A DNA stretch of 55,695 bases, counting the filler, from Dirinaria sp. TL-2023a (lineage: Eukaryota): NCBI GenBank assembly GCA_051941275.1. It is 3 parts of 3 records of this genome, joined end to end, with 100 filler letters (N's around TTAATTAATTAA, not from the genome) between each part and the next. Parts side by side here need not be neighbours in the genome. Positions count along the whole stretch, not along the records: positions 1 to 18,552 come from JAVEBF010000380.1; 2 more parts are not named here. The stretch is one strand, 5' to 3'. A model generated the notes under the pieces. The model was not told the DNA's origin. It ran no database searches and saw only the letters and a program-made list of their open reading frames with translations. The translations under genes and the position numbers were made by a program. Positions 1 to 12,358 of this stretch are shown one piece after another; positions within the stretch are counted from its first letter, which is position 1, and each line of letters starts with the position of its first letter.

Positions 1-1319
1 CCGCCACCCTCACCACCACCCCCTTCCCTAACCATCTTCTCCCTCTCCGCCCTAATAACCCCCAACACGCCCTCGAGGCTCGCGCGCCAGGTATCCAGCC
101 GGCCCTGGACTTCAACCCACTGCCTCTCCCCAAAAACACGATACGTGCTCCTATGAATCAAAAACGTCTGGTTGCGTTGGGACAGTTTTCCCTCCACGAG
201 TCCCGCCCTGATGACATCGATGACCCACATCTCGACCTCGTGCGGCGCGACCTGCAGGGCGGCCGCGATCTGGGCGTAGTTGAGGGAGCGGGAGGGCGTG
301 CTGGCGGCGAGGGAGGCGAGGGTGAGGAGGCGGATCTTGCGCTCGAGAACAGGCGCCGGCAAGCCGGCCCGGGAAAGGAAATCCGGGTGCGTGCTCAGGA
401 AGTCGTTGTAGTCTTCGAGGAGCTCCGAGGAGAAGAGTTCGAGGATCTCGTAGTAGTCTGAGGCGAGGGATGAGGTGGAGGAGGAGGAGTGCAGCGCTTG
501 GATACAGTCCAGCGCAGTCAGGTCCTGGAAATCGAAGTGCGAAGGGTGCGATAGTGCGGATTTCAGGGCTCGTAGGGAGAGTTCCTGCGCGGTGGGGGAG
601 GAGGCTTCGGATGCCGGGATCGTGCGCAGCGCGCGGAGGAGGTAGCTGTAGGATTCGTCTGCTTCGTGCGCGTCGGACGCAGCGTCTGCGATGGACAGGT
701 ACAGGTTGCGCTGGTCCTCGGCGTCGATGTCCCATTGGGCGATCCACAGGTCGAGGTTTTTCAGCTGGTTGCGCAGCGTTTCGAACGAGGCGGTGCTGCG
801 GACGACGCGCAGGATGGCGAGGAAGACGTGGTACCGCACGTCGTTGGTCGGGGAGAGGATGTTGAAGATCGTGGTCAGGATCGAGAGCGCGAGGCCCGTC
901 CCGTGCGAAGGCGAGGAGGTGATGGGCGCGGACAGGTTTTGGCAGATTTTCGGCAGGAATTTGTCGTTGTTGGGGGACTGGCGGACGAGGTGGACGAGGA
1001 GGTTGTAGGTTGCGATGAATTCTGGTGGGGTTGGGGTTTGTTTAGATAGGGTTTTCTTTTTGGAGTTTTTCTTGGACATCGTCATGATGGATGCTTTCTT
1101 ACCTTTTTCTGGGGCGCTGTTGAGGATCGCGCTCGCGGTGACGAGCTTCTTGAGCGCTTCATCTTTCTGACCTTGTTCTAGGAGAGGTGCGACCTCGGCT
1201 TTCAACGACGAACCCTGGTCGCTCTGTTTTTTCCGCACGTCATCGATGTATTGAGCAAGCTCGTCGGCGAGCTCGTCGAAGGTGCCTTCAATTAGAAGGG
1301 AGTTGGTAGGGCCAGGCAT
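1..1319 (-). CDS. eIF3m: Eukaryotic translation initiation factor 3 subunit M (PCI domain); 3' end runs off the window
   Basis: ATG at 1319 gives MPGPTNSLLIEGTFDELADELAQYID...SAPEK. Intron 1022-1102 (GTAAG...CAG), then EFIATYNLLVHLV... to HRSTYRVFGERQWVEVQGRLDTWRASL, matching the fungal eIF3m N- and C-termini as I recall them. Missed by the ORF track. Confidence 0.9.
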   Translation of the reverse strand, partial: MPGPTNSLLIEGTFDELADELAQYIDDVRKKQSDQGSSLKAEVAPLLEQGQKDEALKKLVTASAILNSAPEKGKKASIMTMSKKNSKKKTLSKQTPTPPEFIATYNLLVHLVRQSPNNDKFLPKICQNLSAPITSSPSHGTGLALSILTTIFNILSPTNDVRYHVFLAILRVVRSTASFETLRNQLKNLDLWIAQWDIDAEDQRNLYLSIADAASDAHEADESYSYLLRALRTIPASEASSPTAQELSLRALKSALSHPSHFDFQDLTALDCIQALHSSSSTSSLASDYYEILELFSSELLEDYNDFLSTHPDFLSRAGLPAPVLERKIRLLTLASLAASTPSRSLNYAQIAAALQVAPHEVEMWVIDVIRAGLVEGKLSQRNQTFLIHRSTYRVFGERQWVEVQGRLDTWRASLEGVLGVIRAEREKMVREGGGGEGG

Positions 1320-2269
1320 TGTTGAATAGTAAGTACTGCGAGTTATAATGCGGCCAAAGTGTGGAAAGTGAAATGTGCGGTCGAAATCTTGGCACTCGTT
1401 TTCGACCCCTAGCTTTTTAGGTTTAGGGTCACGATGTTGACTACCTTAGGGTTGCAGAAAATGTATTCAAACAGTCAATCCGACAGTAATTATATTCGTC
1501 TGGACTTGGATAGACTTCATGACAAAAAATTACGCATTCAATAGATGATGCATTGATATAATATCGCAGATGAGTGGAGCTTTCCATTGATGCTGAGAAT
1601 AAAGTTTTGTAGTGTAGCCCTCCCAACAAATTGAGGGATGAAAACGAGCAAGAGAGACCAAAAACCACCCTCAACTTGCCCAAAGCGCCTATCTTCATTG
1701 GTATCGCGAGAGCATGCTTCCTCACGACCTCTTTTTATTTTTTTAACCTTCTGAATTCCGATTCTTCGAACCATCATCTACTTGGGAAAAGTGTCAAACC
1801 CTTTTTAAAAACCCACAGACAGGATTAAACGCTATCAAACTGTAATGCCGCTAAATCATACGACAATTAGACGCCAGGTATATTTAGCCGTCTTTTGCAA
1901 CAACAGCAGACCATACTCGCCACTTAGTCCCTTGATCGGGTTGAATGAAACTCAAGGTTGGCAAGATAGATAATCAGGCACAATCATCCACAAAATAATC
2001 CCCCCTTCAATTGACTCAAGAACAGTTAAGAGGAACCATCGAGAAAATGCATGAACGAGTGGTATGCGATAGACAGATTCGGCCTCCAGCGCGAAAGGGT
2101 TAGCTGGCAGGGTCGTTATGCATTTGGGGCAGCTATGAAGAGTCATCCCAGGAAGATGGTAACAGCAGTTGCTGACGGATAGTCTTTGTAAAGCGAGCAT
2201 TGCAGTTGGGCGTTAGTCTGGGATTAAATACCCCGTGAGTCATTCATGAACGTAGGCCTCGATTAAACT

Positions 2270-4715
2270 TTATAACACATCGACAGAAAGACTCCTTCCA
2301 TCCAGAGAAATATTCGCCATAGATTTCAGGACGAAATCCGCGCGCGCAGCCTCAAAGTCCAATTTCCCCAAATCTGACGGATACGCACTGTACGTCCTCT
2401 CGATGATCTTGTTTAATTGCGTCTCTCGTCTAGCTGTGTGCTCGTTCTTAGTTTGGAATGGGGACCACGTGGCACCGATTTGCCTCCGTCCTGCAGCTTC
2501 TAGAGGAGGAAGGACGGTGTTGGCGAGGAAAACCGTTTCGGTGGTATCATGAATACCATTGAAGCAAAGCGTAAAGAGCTGGCTGATAGATAGATCGCTC
2601 TGTATATCTTCTTCAAGGCAGCTGTAGGCAATGATCGTAAAGAAGTGGAATAACATTATAGAATGCTGCCGAAAATTATATAAGAAGGCGTAGCACTCTG
2701 CTAAATCCTTCAGTGTTTTCCGGATGCGAGTCGCAGTACTGGCTAAGGTGGTGTAGTGAGGCTCAAGATCTGCTGGGGAAGGGGGAAACGTGAGGATTAG
2801 GTGGATTAGGCCTTGTAAGAGAGTACCACACTCCATGCTAAAGCAGTTTTGAACTAGGTTGCAATATATAGCGCGAAGAACAAAAGGTAGCACTCACTGA
2901 AAGAGAAGATGTTGTGGCGAAAGGGAAGCATTTTGGGCCATGGCTGGAGCCAAAGAGTCATACCAGCTCACCAAATGCTCAAGGTGGTTCAGTAGTTGTT
3001 TCCATGAAGTCAACCCATAAGGTTTCGCATTGTCGTCATTTGGAAAGGCAATGCAGGTAACCTCATGGATCTGCATGTAAAGTTCACATTTGGCGGCTTG
3101 TACAGCATTGAAGTAAGCTGAATTCGCCGTATCAATTTTTGACGAGTTCGATATAGAATTGGTGGAACCTAGCCTCCAATTTCCAGAGTATGGGTTGGGA
3201 TAAAAAGGGCCGGATACGGTCATAGGTGGAAGTCGAAAGTAAAAACAACAGGTCCTTAGACGGTTAGACAATAGAATTTCCTGAACAGAAATAAGACGAA
3301 CACTCACTTCTCAAACCTTAGTAGAGCCCACTCGGTCACAGCGCAGCCTCGGAAATACCGAGGATCCAAGCGCCGTAAGGATTCATACTCTTGGGGTAAT
3401 ATCGGTTGCTTGAAAAAGCCCAACTCTCTGCCCATACGAATTGCTTGATAGAGGAATAAAAACCCTATTTTATCCTTACCTTCGGTGTTCAGAGTGGCTG
3501 CAAGTATACACGCAGCTTGAATCGCAGTTATGCTGGCTTTGTGCTCCTCAAGCTGCCAAAGTCGTCTTGCTTCTTGATAGAAGTGAGAACCAATGTTTCC
3601 TTCATCCCAAGGCTGATGTCGATTTTGAACCTGGTGGGAACTATGCTAGAAGAACGTCAGTCTAGTCTGTACGAGGCCCAAAGTCTACGTCAGAATTGAG
3701 CTTTACTCACAGCAGCAAAGCATAAAATTGAGTTGACCAATAGAGGTGAACAGAAAGCTTTAGAACCGGCGACTAGGTCGTCGAGAAATAAATCTTTGTC
3801 AACAAACGCGAAAATTGGATGCTCGATAATGAACTAGAGCCGAAGCAAGTCAGAAAAGCGATGATCTTCACAAGGAACTCTTGTCCAAGCGCGAGCAGAC
3901 ACTTGGTCGAAACGACTATCCAAAAGGTTCTCAAATCCAGGTAAATCAAGTAACGAGGGGACCGAAGTTCGACTACTCTTGTCACCTCGTGTAGTCAGAG
4001 AGATGGAGAAAGACTTCTTACATGGCTTTCTCATCAACTTCTAGAGTCCACCCATTGGATAGAGTAATTGAGCTAGATTGTATTGCAGGAGTACTATGCC
4101 TGCCCAATCCAAGCTCTGCTGGAGCCAGAACCCAAAAATAAAGATCATGCTCACGTTGGGCAAAGCTCCATACAGGCGATTTGGTTGACAGGTTACTGGG
4201 TGCCGCTGAAGCTAACCATGGCTGCATGAGGAGATCACCATCTTACATTAATCTTAACACTGAATCAGGATCATTTCCCCTTCGAATTCGTTGCAGGATG
4301 CCGAGAGCGTCCGGTTCAGACCTGGATTGCAATTGATCGAAAAGCTGCTGCAGTGTCTCTAATTTTGCGTGCTGGAGCCTGGCATAATTTTCCACAGCCT
4401 GTTTGCTTGCTCGAAATTCATTATATTCACACAGTACGTTCTGCTTCCGACAGGCCGAACATGATGGCTTTTGTCCATCACACTGGGAGAGAACGAAATC
4501 CAACCTCGTTAATCAGCAAATTCACCACGGATTTTCCACGCCCTGTGGAATCATGGCCTCACCTTGGATTTTCTCTTACGGCAGTTCTCACACGCTTGCT
4601 CGATTGTTTCTCGTTTCTTGCGAAAGGGCTGTTGAGAAGAAGACTGATGGGTAGGAGATGGCGCAGACGTCGGTGCAGTTGAACGATGCCGCTTATAACC
4701 GCTTGATGACGCCAT
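2270..4715 (-). pseudogene. Zn(II)2Cys6 transcription factor (NirA-like group, fungal-specific TF domain), probably inactivated
   Basis: Exon 1 ends ACENCRKRKSK and splices to CDGQKPSCSACRKQNVLCEY. Middle region reads WTRV...FVDKDLFLDDLVAGSKAFCSPLLVNSIL and FYQEARRLW. In-frame stops interrupt conserved motifs: TAA 4243-4245 (LRLM*DGDLLMQ) and TAG 3834-3836 (LLRL*FIIEHP, normally LYF). Confidence 0.8.
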
Positions 4716-6720
4716 CTGGAATTAATGAGAGAAAGATTCAGCGTTATTATCATCAATTTAATGTTGTGCATGACTCTACCTGGAGTTTGCGGACAGACCG
4801 ATCCGGAGCTGAATAAGAATGACATCACTACTTTATGCAATCACTTTTGAACAGTGTGCAGTGCACTGCAAATTATACCTTAAGGTACCTTGGGCTGTTT
4901 GAAACGCTAGCGCTAGATATGGACCTGGAATCTCTTTTTACCTTAAGTTTGGCTAATTGAGCCCGCAGTGCGCACTGACAAGGAGCGTAAGCTATCCTCA
5001 GTGTGGCATCTCTAAGCACAAGCCAGACGTCCTGCGACAGCAATGTAATCGAGACATCCTCATGAGTGCCAGCATTTCTCATTGCTGACGGTCAGTGAAG
5101 TCGAAGTTCGCAAATTCAGCAACCTAAGAGCGATAGCAGTACCACAAATTCCATCATCCAGACCGCGATACATCGCTCGTAATTGTCCAGATAAAGCCTG
5201 ATATCGGACACCAGGCGAGCACCTTGAACTATGCAACATCAAATATGACCACGTATCATAGCAGCGACTGAAAATAAAGCAGCAGTGCGTCCTCACGCTA
5301 GAGTTTGCGTAGATCATGCATCATACGAATCCGATCTTGTAGCTTTGCAGGCAGAGAGCACTTTGATAGTAGTGCGATGGCATAACACCATGATGCTTTC
5401 GATGCATTTGGATCAGTTCAGAATGCGTCTACCGCACGAAGCTCAGCATAAATGCACCTTCAAATCTTTCAAAGATTCTCGGCTTCACCACATTCTCCGG
5501 CAGGATTCGACCCTTATCTAGCGATGAATTGGCTCGAGACCTTTTGTCAGGTACTCGATCAATGCCTCGAAGTCGAGTTGAAAACGCGCGGTCTATTAGC
5601 CTACCTATGTTTTGAGTCGCTTGAAGTGAATGATAGATACTTCTACTTAGTGAATGTAGGGACCGGTATCAACCCAGCTGGTACTGACAGACTTATCTCC
5701 TTGCAAATTATTTACGCTGCCAAACACAACGGCAATATCACCACGACTTGAGTCATTGTTTCCAGAGCTTTCAAACAGATATTGCCATTACAGGCCAAAG
5801 GCTTTGAATGTAATGTGGTGGTCCAAGTTTCTGGCTGATAATTTCCTCGCTGCCTCCGCAACATCGTTTTGTTTGGAATGAGTGCATCTATTGCTTGGAT
5901 ACTTTGATTCAGATCTCTCCCTTGGCGATCTTGTCGCCGGTGACACCTACTTTCGCACGTCTCTCCTTTTCAATTCGCTGCTTTTGCGTGCTTGTGTAAG
6001 CCAGACGACCTAGTCTTGATGCACATGCCACTAGTCAGGGCTTTGGCACGCTTCTCCAAGTCCGTCAACTGCCCTTCGGATTCGATTGAATCGCACGCTA
6101 TGCATTTACGTATAGTCCGCAATTTGCGCTGGAATAAAAAGGCAATTCGGAAGTGTCTTCAAGTTTTTTCGTGCCAAGCAGCTTGACAGCCATCTAGCTG
6201 CTGCTAGCACTTCACTTAAAATAGTTTCAAGCGAGCAAGCTGTGACGAATTGGAGGGTTCCGCCGTACCTCAATTGAGCAAGCGGTGGACTAGGCGTCGG
6301 GAGGATGAAAGCTGTCTTTTGTTGTAGTACAAGGCACAGCCGGTAGAGCAAAGCATCTGTCCAGCGGAAACGATCGCATTGGAAAGATGCCTAGTGTACA
6401 CCCAGACAATCAAGATTTGAGAGCTGATTTCAGTGTCCGTCGTAGGTAATTGAGCAACGCAAATGACGAGTCCTAGATTGAGAGAAAGTCAAGCAAGAGT
6501 AGAAGGGAAAAGGCAAGAACAGGAAAGAATTTCTAGTCGAACAAGAAGACCAGAGACTGTAGGCTAGGTTCTGTTTCTCTGCTTCTATTCGTGCTTCTAA
6601 CTCTGGTCTGAAATTGCCAATCTCTTAATGCTGCTCAGTAATCGATCATCACATATCACACCGATATTGTTATAATTTTAATTAGCGCAGCTAAGGTCCA
6701 GTTTCTAGAGAGGTAGTGGC

Positions 6721-6837
6721 TCAGTACGTCTTCCCTCTTGGTTTTGGAAGGGAATCTCTTGGTTGAGCGAATTTATCTCAGTACGTCATGCCTCTTCATT
6801 TTGGGAGGGAAGCTCTTGGTCGAGCGAATGTATTATC
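6721..6837. repeat. Imperfect ~57-bp tandem duplication spanning a stop codon
   Basis: tcagtacgtcttccctcttggttttggaagggaatctcttggttgagcgaatttatc (6721-6777) is followed by tcagtacgtcatgcctcttcattttgggagggaagctcttggtcgagcgaatgtattatc (6778-6837). Confidence 0.85.
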
Positions 6838-7623
6838 ACTGATGTTGTGTAAAAGACCGCAATTGCAACGACGCTTGCTGTACCAAACGTCACAGCAATC
6901 TGTCATCTGTCTTTCAGTTTCCTTTCCGTATTCTAGTGGGGCACGTAGCTCTGCCTACCTTTGCATGGTCATCCCAAGCAAGATTGCGCGCCAGTGGGCT
7001 AAAGACGACGGAAAAAAGGGCAGCCAAGAATGTCGCAACGGACAATGTAAGTAACATTATTGGACTTTGCAACGCGTACACGTATAAGTTGTTTAAAGCG
7101 CCTGGCTCGTCGCCTTTAATACGACGTTGGACTACTTTGGCTGCATCCTCTTCTTGTTGGATATCAGTTTGCGACCTTGTTCTTTTCTCTCCCGGCAACA
7201 CCAGCATTTGTTGTGACCCATTAACGACCGATGTCAACGAGAACAGCAGACTACAATAGAACAAAGCCGGCGCTGACCAATGACTCGTTTGTATACTGTT
7301 CCACTGGAGGCATGACGTTACCGACGTAAAAAGTAAGCCACCCTTGAAGAGAGTCAGCAACGGCTGTCGGAAGGTAGCGGACTACGTTATACAGCAATTT
7401 GTATGTACTTGCTCTCATTCCTTTTTAATTCTGACCACTCGACAAACAGAACTCTCAACTCGGAATCACCTGCGGAGGCTATCTTTGTAAGTGGGCCAAT
7501 AGTGGTGCGCTTATGCAGGTGGTGGTAGAAAAAAGTCCAGAAGTACACCACAGACTCCCGAAAAGGCCGCCAAATATACTTAGAGGCGAAGCTTTTCACG
7601 CTCAATAAAGAAGGTATCTTCAT
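6786..7623 (-). CDS. Hypothetical multi-pass membrane protein (3 exons)
   Basis: Exon 1 MKIPS...YIQIA; exon 2 GGLLFTSVTSCLQW...HWSAPALFYCSLLFSL...YALQSPIMLL...WDDHAK; exon 3 IAVTFGTASVVAIAVFY...EEA*. Splice sites keep the frame; about four hydrophobic segments. Confidence 0.7.
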
Positions 7624-8967
7624 GACGATGGTTGTCCTTACAAGGAAACAGAGTCATAGTCCAAAACAGTTTTGCAATGATCCAATGCAGGATCACAATT
7701 TGAGTCAATGATGCATATTTATCGGATATAAGGAGAAGATGCGTAGATGCACAATGCCGGTGCGTTGTTGGTTACCTAATCTATGCGAGCATGCCTCGGT
7801 CAATTCCAGAGAACGACCTATGTTCACATGGTGATTAAATGATCATGTGGTGATGCTTCTTGGTGCAATCAACGTAGAAATGCAGGTGGCTACTTAGGAT
7901 TACTTCATTCCTCGACATTCGCGGATAGCGGTAATCATACAGTAGATACGCGAAGAATATTAAGAACTTACCTAGGTTGATAGGCTGTTTATGTAGGTGG
8001 TGGCTGCCGTCGGCTTCGGAGATGAGGGAGGCTTGAGCGGGTGGGGAAGCGGGCAGTTCACCTTCGGTAGAAAGCCGAGCGAGAGCCTGGGCCCTTGGCT
8101 TTGAAGTTGTTTATTTGATACGCTATGCCCAATATGTCAATAGATACATGTACATAAGTTACCTTAAAAGGGGCTCGAACCCATAGACCGCTCCGCCGCA
8201 TCAACCACTTTCGGAGGGTAGGAATGGAACACTTCAGAAAACAGAAGACAGAAAACAAGCCGGTCGGAGCGAACGTCCCATACAATTTCTCGGCAGAATT
8301 GGATCGCGTGTGTTCGCCTTCGTCGGAGGAGCTTCGTTTGATCATCCGTTGATGATCACATCCTGGCCGTCCTCCTGCCCTTGCGTCTCCGTTCTCTTTC
8401 TCTTCTCATTGAGACAAGGAATTCGCGAAGGGATGCTCCCCAATTTAGACGGAGAGCATTGACCCTATCTATGTGTAAGGATCTCGCGGTCCCGAGCTCT
8501 CCACGGCCTGCACGAATGAATGTGCTTTGCCGGTCTCGTCATGGTTTTTCGTGAGCTGTTACGATAGAGCCTCAGGTACTGACTTACTGAACTGTGGATG
8601 TGTTCAGTTACAGGACCAACTACGAAGAAGAAAGGAAAGACGAGGAAATTCCCTGAACAAAACAGGGATTCTACTTGCGTTATGATAAAAATAGCGAACA
8701 GCGTTAGAAGTACAAGCGCAATTCTCTTAAAAACCAACCTTGCCATCTCCATACCATCTTTACTTTAAGCGCTCGATCAACAACTGTCTAAATCCAAAGA
8801 TTTTTTTAAACCGTTCTGGCTCTGGCTCTGTGGAACAAGTTTTTGTCAAGGATATGTTGAGCCGTGATAGGATGGGTTTATTTGGGAGTTGAGGCATGGC
8901 ATGTGCTGAGAAATGATATCTCCTTTACTGCTAATGTATATCAGGGGCGGATTCATTCGCCGGGATA

Positions 8968-8969
<2 letters not shown>

Positions 8970-8998
<29 letters not shown>
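8970..8998. repeat. Poly(T) homopolymer, ~29 nt
   Basis: Directly visible; a shorter T-run lies at ~9077-9085. Confidence 0.9.
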
Positions 8999-9396
8999 GG
9001 TGATGTGATAGGAAGTTATGAGATTGGCAAGGACAGCATTTATAAGATGGGTAATGAGAGTTCGGTGCCTCAAAACTTTTTTTTTTGGGATGTAGGGAGA
9101 ATTCCTATTATTTGGACTGGCTGGGGCAGGGAAGTATGTAGGTGAGTAGGTAGTTGACTTTACTTCTTCAGGGAACATGCATCTATCTTACTCTAGACCG
9201 CGTTGCTCTCAAACAAAACCGAGAGTTCAATTAGTCTTAGATAAGCTCAGTTGGCAGTAGCACCGAAGCGATATAAGAAGAGTACAGCGTTATTCGCAGT
9301 GATGTTGCTAGCCACGGTATACCACAAGCGTATGGCCTCGTAAGCTTTTGCAAAGTGTAGAGCGGTAACATAGCAAGCAACTGCCTCCCCCTCTAA

Positions 9397-12358
9397 TCAT
9401 TGACTATACTCCGTGTCAGATTGTAAAGCACCTGTCATCATGTATGGGCCGGTATTCGTGGTCTCGATAGCATCCGCTACCTGACGGCCTTCCGCCACGG
9501 CTTCATGGTCATCCGTCCCATACGAGCCTTCCTCGCTCTCGTCCTCAGACGCAGCTGCAATTTCGGCATCAATGGCCGACATGCGTTTGACGAACTCATC
9601 CTGGAGTTTCTTCAGCCAGGTCGCCAGGACCTGGCCCTGCATGTTTCCCTCCTCCGCTTGAACAAGCTGCTCTCGCAGACTCAAGATCAATCTCCGGCGC
9701 CGCGCCAAAGCTATTGTCTTCGAGCTCTTCTTTCGCTTCTCCATGTTCCGTGTCAGCGTACCTGAGACTTCCTCTGCTGTCTGAATAACAACAGCAGGCA
9801 ATCCAGCTACTTTGGCAAGGGCAATTCCGTAATGTTCCTCAGTCACAATTCCATTCGAGATCTTGTAAAGCATGGTCATTGAATTTGCTTTTCCCATCTC
9901 GACGGCAAGATGCAGGTTGACCACTCCGTTACGTTCAGAGAGGATCTTGGCCAGATCACGGAAATGAGTGGCAAACCAGACAAGGGCCCTACTCTCAACA
10001 AGCGCTTCCGCAATTGCGATTGCTATGCAAAGCCCATCACGAGTGCTGGTGCCCCGCCCAAGTTCGTCGATGATGACCATACTGCGTTCGTCGACGTTGC
10101 GCAAGATAAACGCCGTTTCCCGCATCTCGGCTGCAAAGGTTGATAAATTTGCTTCAATGCTATCTTCTGTCGACATCCGAGCAAATAGCTGGTGAAAAAT
10201 GGGGAACGATGCATATGTTGCGGGAACAAAGCTTCCAGTCTGCGCCATTATAGCCATCAGCACAAGAGATCGTATATAGGTACTTTTACCGCTCATGTTG
10301 CAGCCTGTTACAATCTGGAATCTGGATTGCTGAGTCGCATATGCGTCATTTGGCACGAATCGACCTTGCTGTGCTTTCTCCCGGATGGGATGCCTGCCAT
10401 TTTTGATCGCCAGGGTGTTGGTCAACTCTGGCCTACAGTAATCAAGCGTCGTCACCAACTGTGCGAAAGCAGCTACCATGTCTAGTAGAGCTATTGCTTC
10501 GCAAATCCTAATAAGTGGCGCCACGTCTGCCCGAATCTGGTCAATAAGCTCTTGGATGGATTTGTCGCTCATCTGTAACACTTCATGATGCGAATCGGCG
10601 ATCTTCTGGTTCCACTTCAAAAGGTCTAGCGTTTGGCACTCAACGAATGTTTTCCTCCGATACTGGTTGATGAAGACATCAGGTAAAAGCCCTCTTTCGT
10701 CCAGCTCCGAAGCTGGAATACGTATGTAAAACTGTCGCGATGAGTCATACTTCATTTCTAATGCTAGATTATACTCTTCTACACAGTCATTAGTTTGGAC
10801 ACAGACTTCAGGAGGTTCATGTTCACCGCCAAGATCTGAGACCATTTGGTATGCATCAGCATTGGCTTCCTTGTAAGTCATCCTAGCCACGTCGAGCAGA
10901 CCATTGACACCTGACTAGAGCAATTTGTCAGTAAGCTGAAGGACGTAGTATGCCACGCTCGACGAGCCTTAATTGCATATGTTCGCTGGTTCCTCAAATC
11001 CAAAGGCTGGTTCTGATAAGTTATATCCTCATTGATCGTCTCATCTATAATCTTCTGATAATCATCTATCATGTCCGGAGCGCACAGCTAATCACTGTCA
11101 GCATATGTTTCAGAACAGAATCGTCTGTCCTACGGTGGAGATGCGCCTTAATAGCTCTGACTTGACTCCGGTCAACGCGTCGAAAACAGGAGGAATAGAT
11201 TTGATATATTGTTTGAGCAGTATCACGTTGTTTATAGACTGCTCGCAATACTGTATTCCGGGCTTCGTAGGAATTATGGTGATCTGTATAGGATGTCAGC
11301 GTGTGCATAAGTGCTTCATGAAATCGTAACATTACCGCAGTTAGCACTCGGTCGACGTCAATGAAACCTTTGAGCGCTACATCTGGAATTAGCTTCCAAC
11401 TATGCCTATTAGGTGTGGCAACAATAAATACCTTGGCGTACAGCAAAAAAGACATCCTCCTTAGTAGCGAGTTCCTCCAACGCATCATAGCGAATTTCGA
11501 GATCAGACCTGCTAGTCAGTGGTTGCAAGAGGTTATTCTTCAGTAAGCGAGCACCCATTGGCGTCAAGGTCTGGTTCATCAGGCCGTATAGACAATCCCT
11601 CGAACTCGCATTCTGCAGGTTTTGAATAAGTTCCAGCGCCTGCATTGTTGAGAGATCGATCATCATTGAACCTTCTGATGGTTCATACTTGATGCGGAGC
11701 GAGTGGTAAGCAAAAGTGAAGTTCAGCATGTGTTCGATATACTTGAGAACCTGGACCGGTCTTAGTCAAGCGGAGGAAACGAGGAATGATGCCGACAAAC
11801 AGCGGCAAAGCAGCACGTGGCATAAAAATTGCCTCCTATAGACACTTTGATCGCTTCAACATCTTGTTTAAACGCCAACTGCTGTATATAGTCAACGCCA
11901 GCCGTCTCAGACCAGTATCTTCTGTCTGCTGAGGAGAGGAGAAGATGAGGGTGATTGGCCTCCACAAACGAGTACAACTTTGACTTAGGCTGGACAGCGG
12001 TGTTCATGAAGAGAACCTCACTGGGCTGATAAACTGCTAACTTGTGCAAAGTATGAAGAAACGTCTGATTGTCAGATATCTGACAAAGCACAGCTTCTGC
12101 AGTGGTCAAATTGACAAAAGCGAAACCAACAACAGGAGAGATGCCTCTGGATTCGCTGACCGCGCAGATGATGTCTTGATTATTGCTTCCAAGGATTGTA
12201 GAAGTGGCAGTCCTGGGTCTGCTACTCCTTGGTCTTCCAGTGCTTGTGCTTGTCTGGCGTCTTCGTGGTGGCTGAGATGTCGTGCTTTCTTCCATATTCG
12301 TAGGGTAGGAAGTGGAAGCCGAAGTATACGATGTTGACACACGGCTACTCGCCGCCAT
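9397..12358 (-). CDS. MSH4: MutS homolog 4, meiotic crossover protein (about 7 exons)
   Basis: N-terminal ICAVSESRGISPVVG, IDLSTMQALELIQN, TLTPMGARLLKNNLLQP, P-loop VTGCNMSGKSTYIR, IIDELGRGTST, FATHF and HYGIALA. Lacks the mismatch-binding domain I, as expected for MSH4. Exons join in frame. Confidence 0.92.

Noticed and set aside
151..1049. Several listed ORFs (198, 102, 131, 127, 105 aa)
   Set aside because: Alternative-frame or antisense shadows of GC-rich eIF3m exon 2.
5000..6600. Possible degraded gene and weak inverted repeat (~6490-6610)
   Set aside because: No recognisable motifs; the complementarity is explained by purine/pyrimidine bias.
8168..8200. tRNA gene (A-box-like GCGGAGCGG and B-box GGTTCGAGCCC on the minus strand)
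   Set aside because: The boxes are only ~6 nt apart and there is no cloverleaf.
8846..9178. Poly-Lys/poly-Phe ORFs, or a retroposed element with a poly(A) tail
   Set aside because: The ORFs arise from the T homopolymer; no TSD or RT remnant was found.
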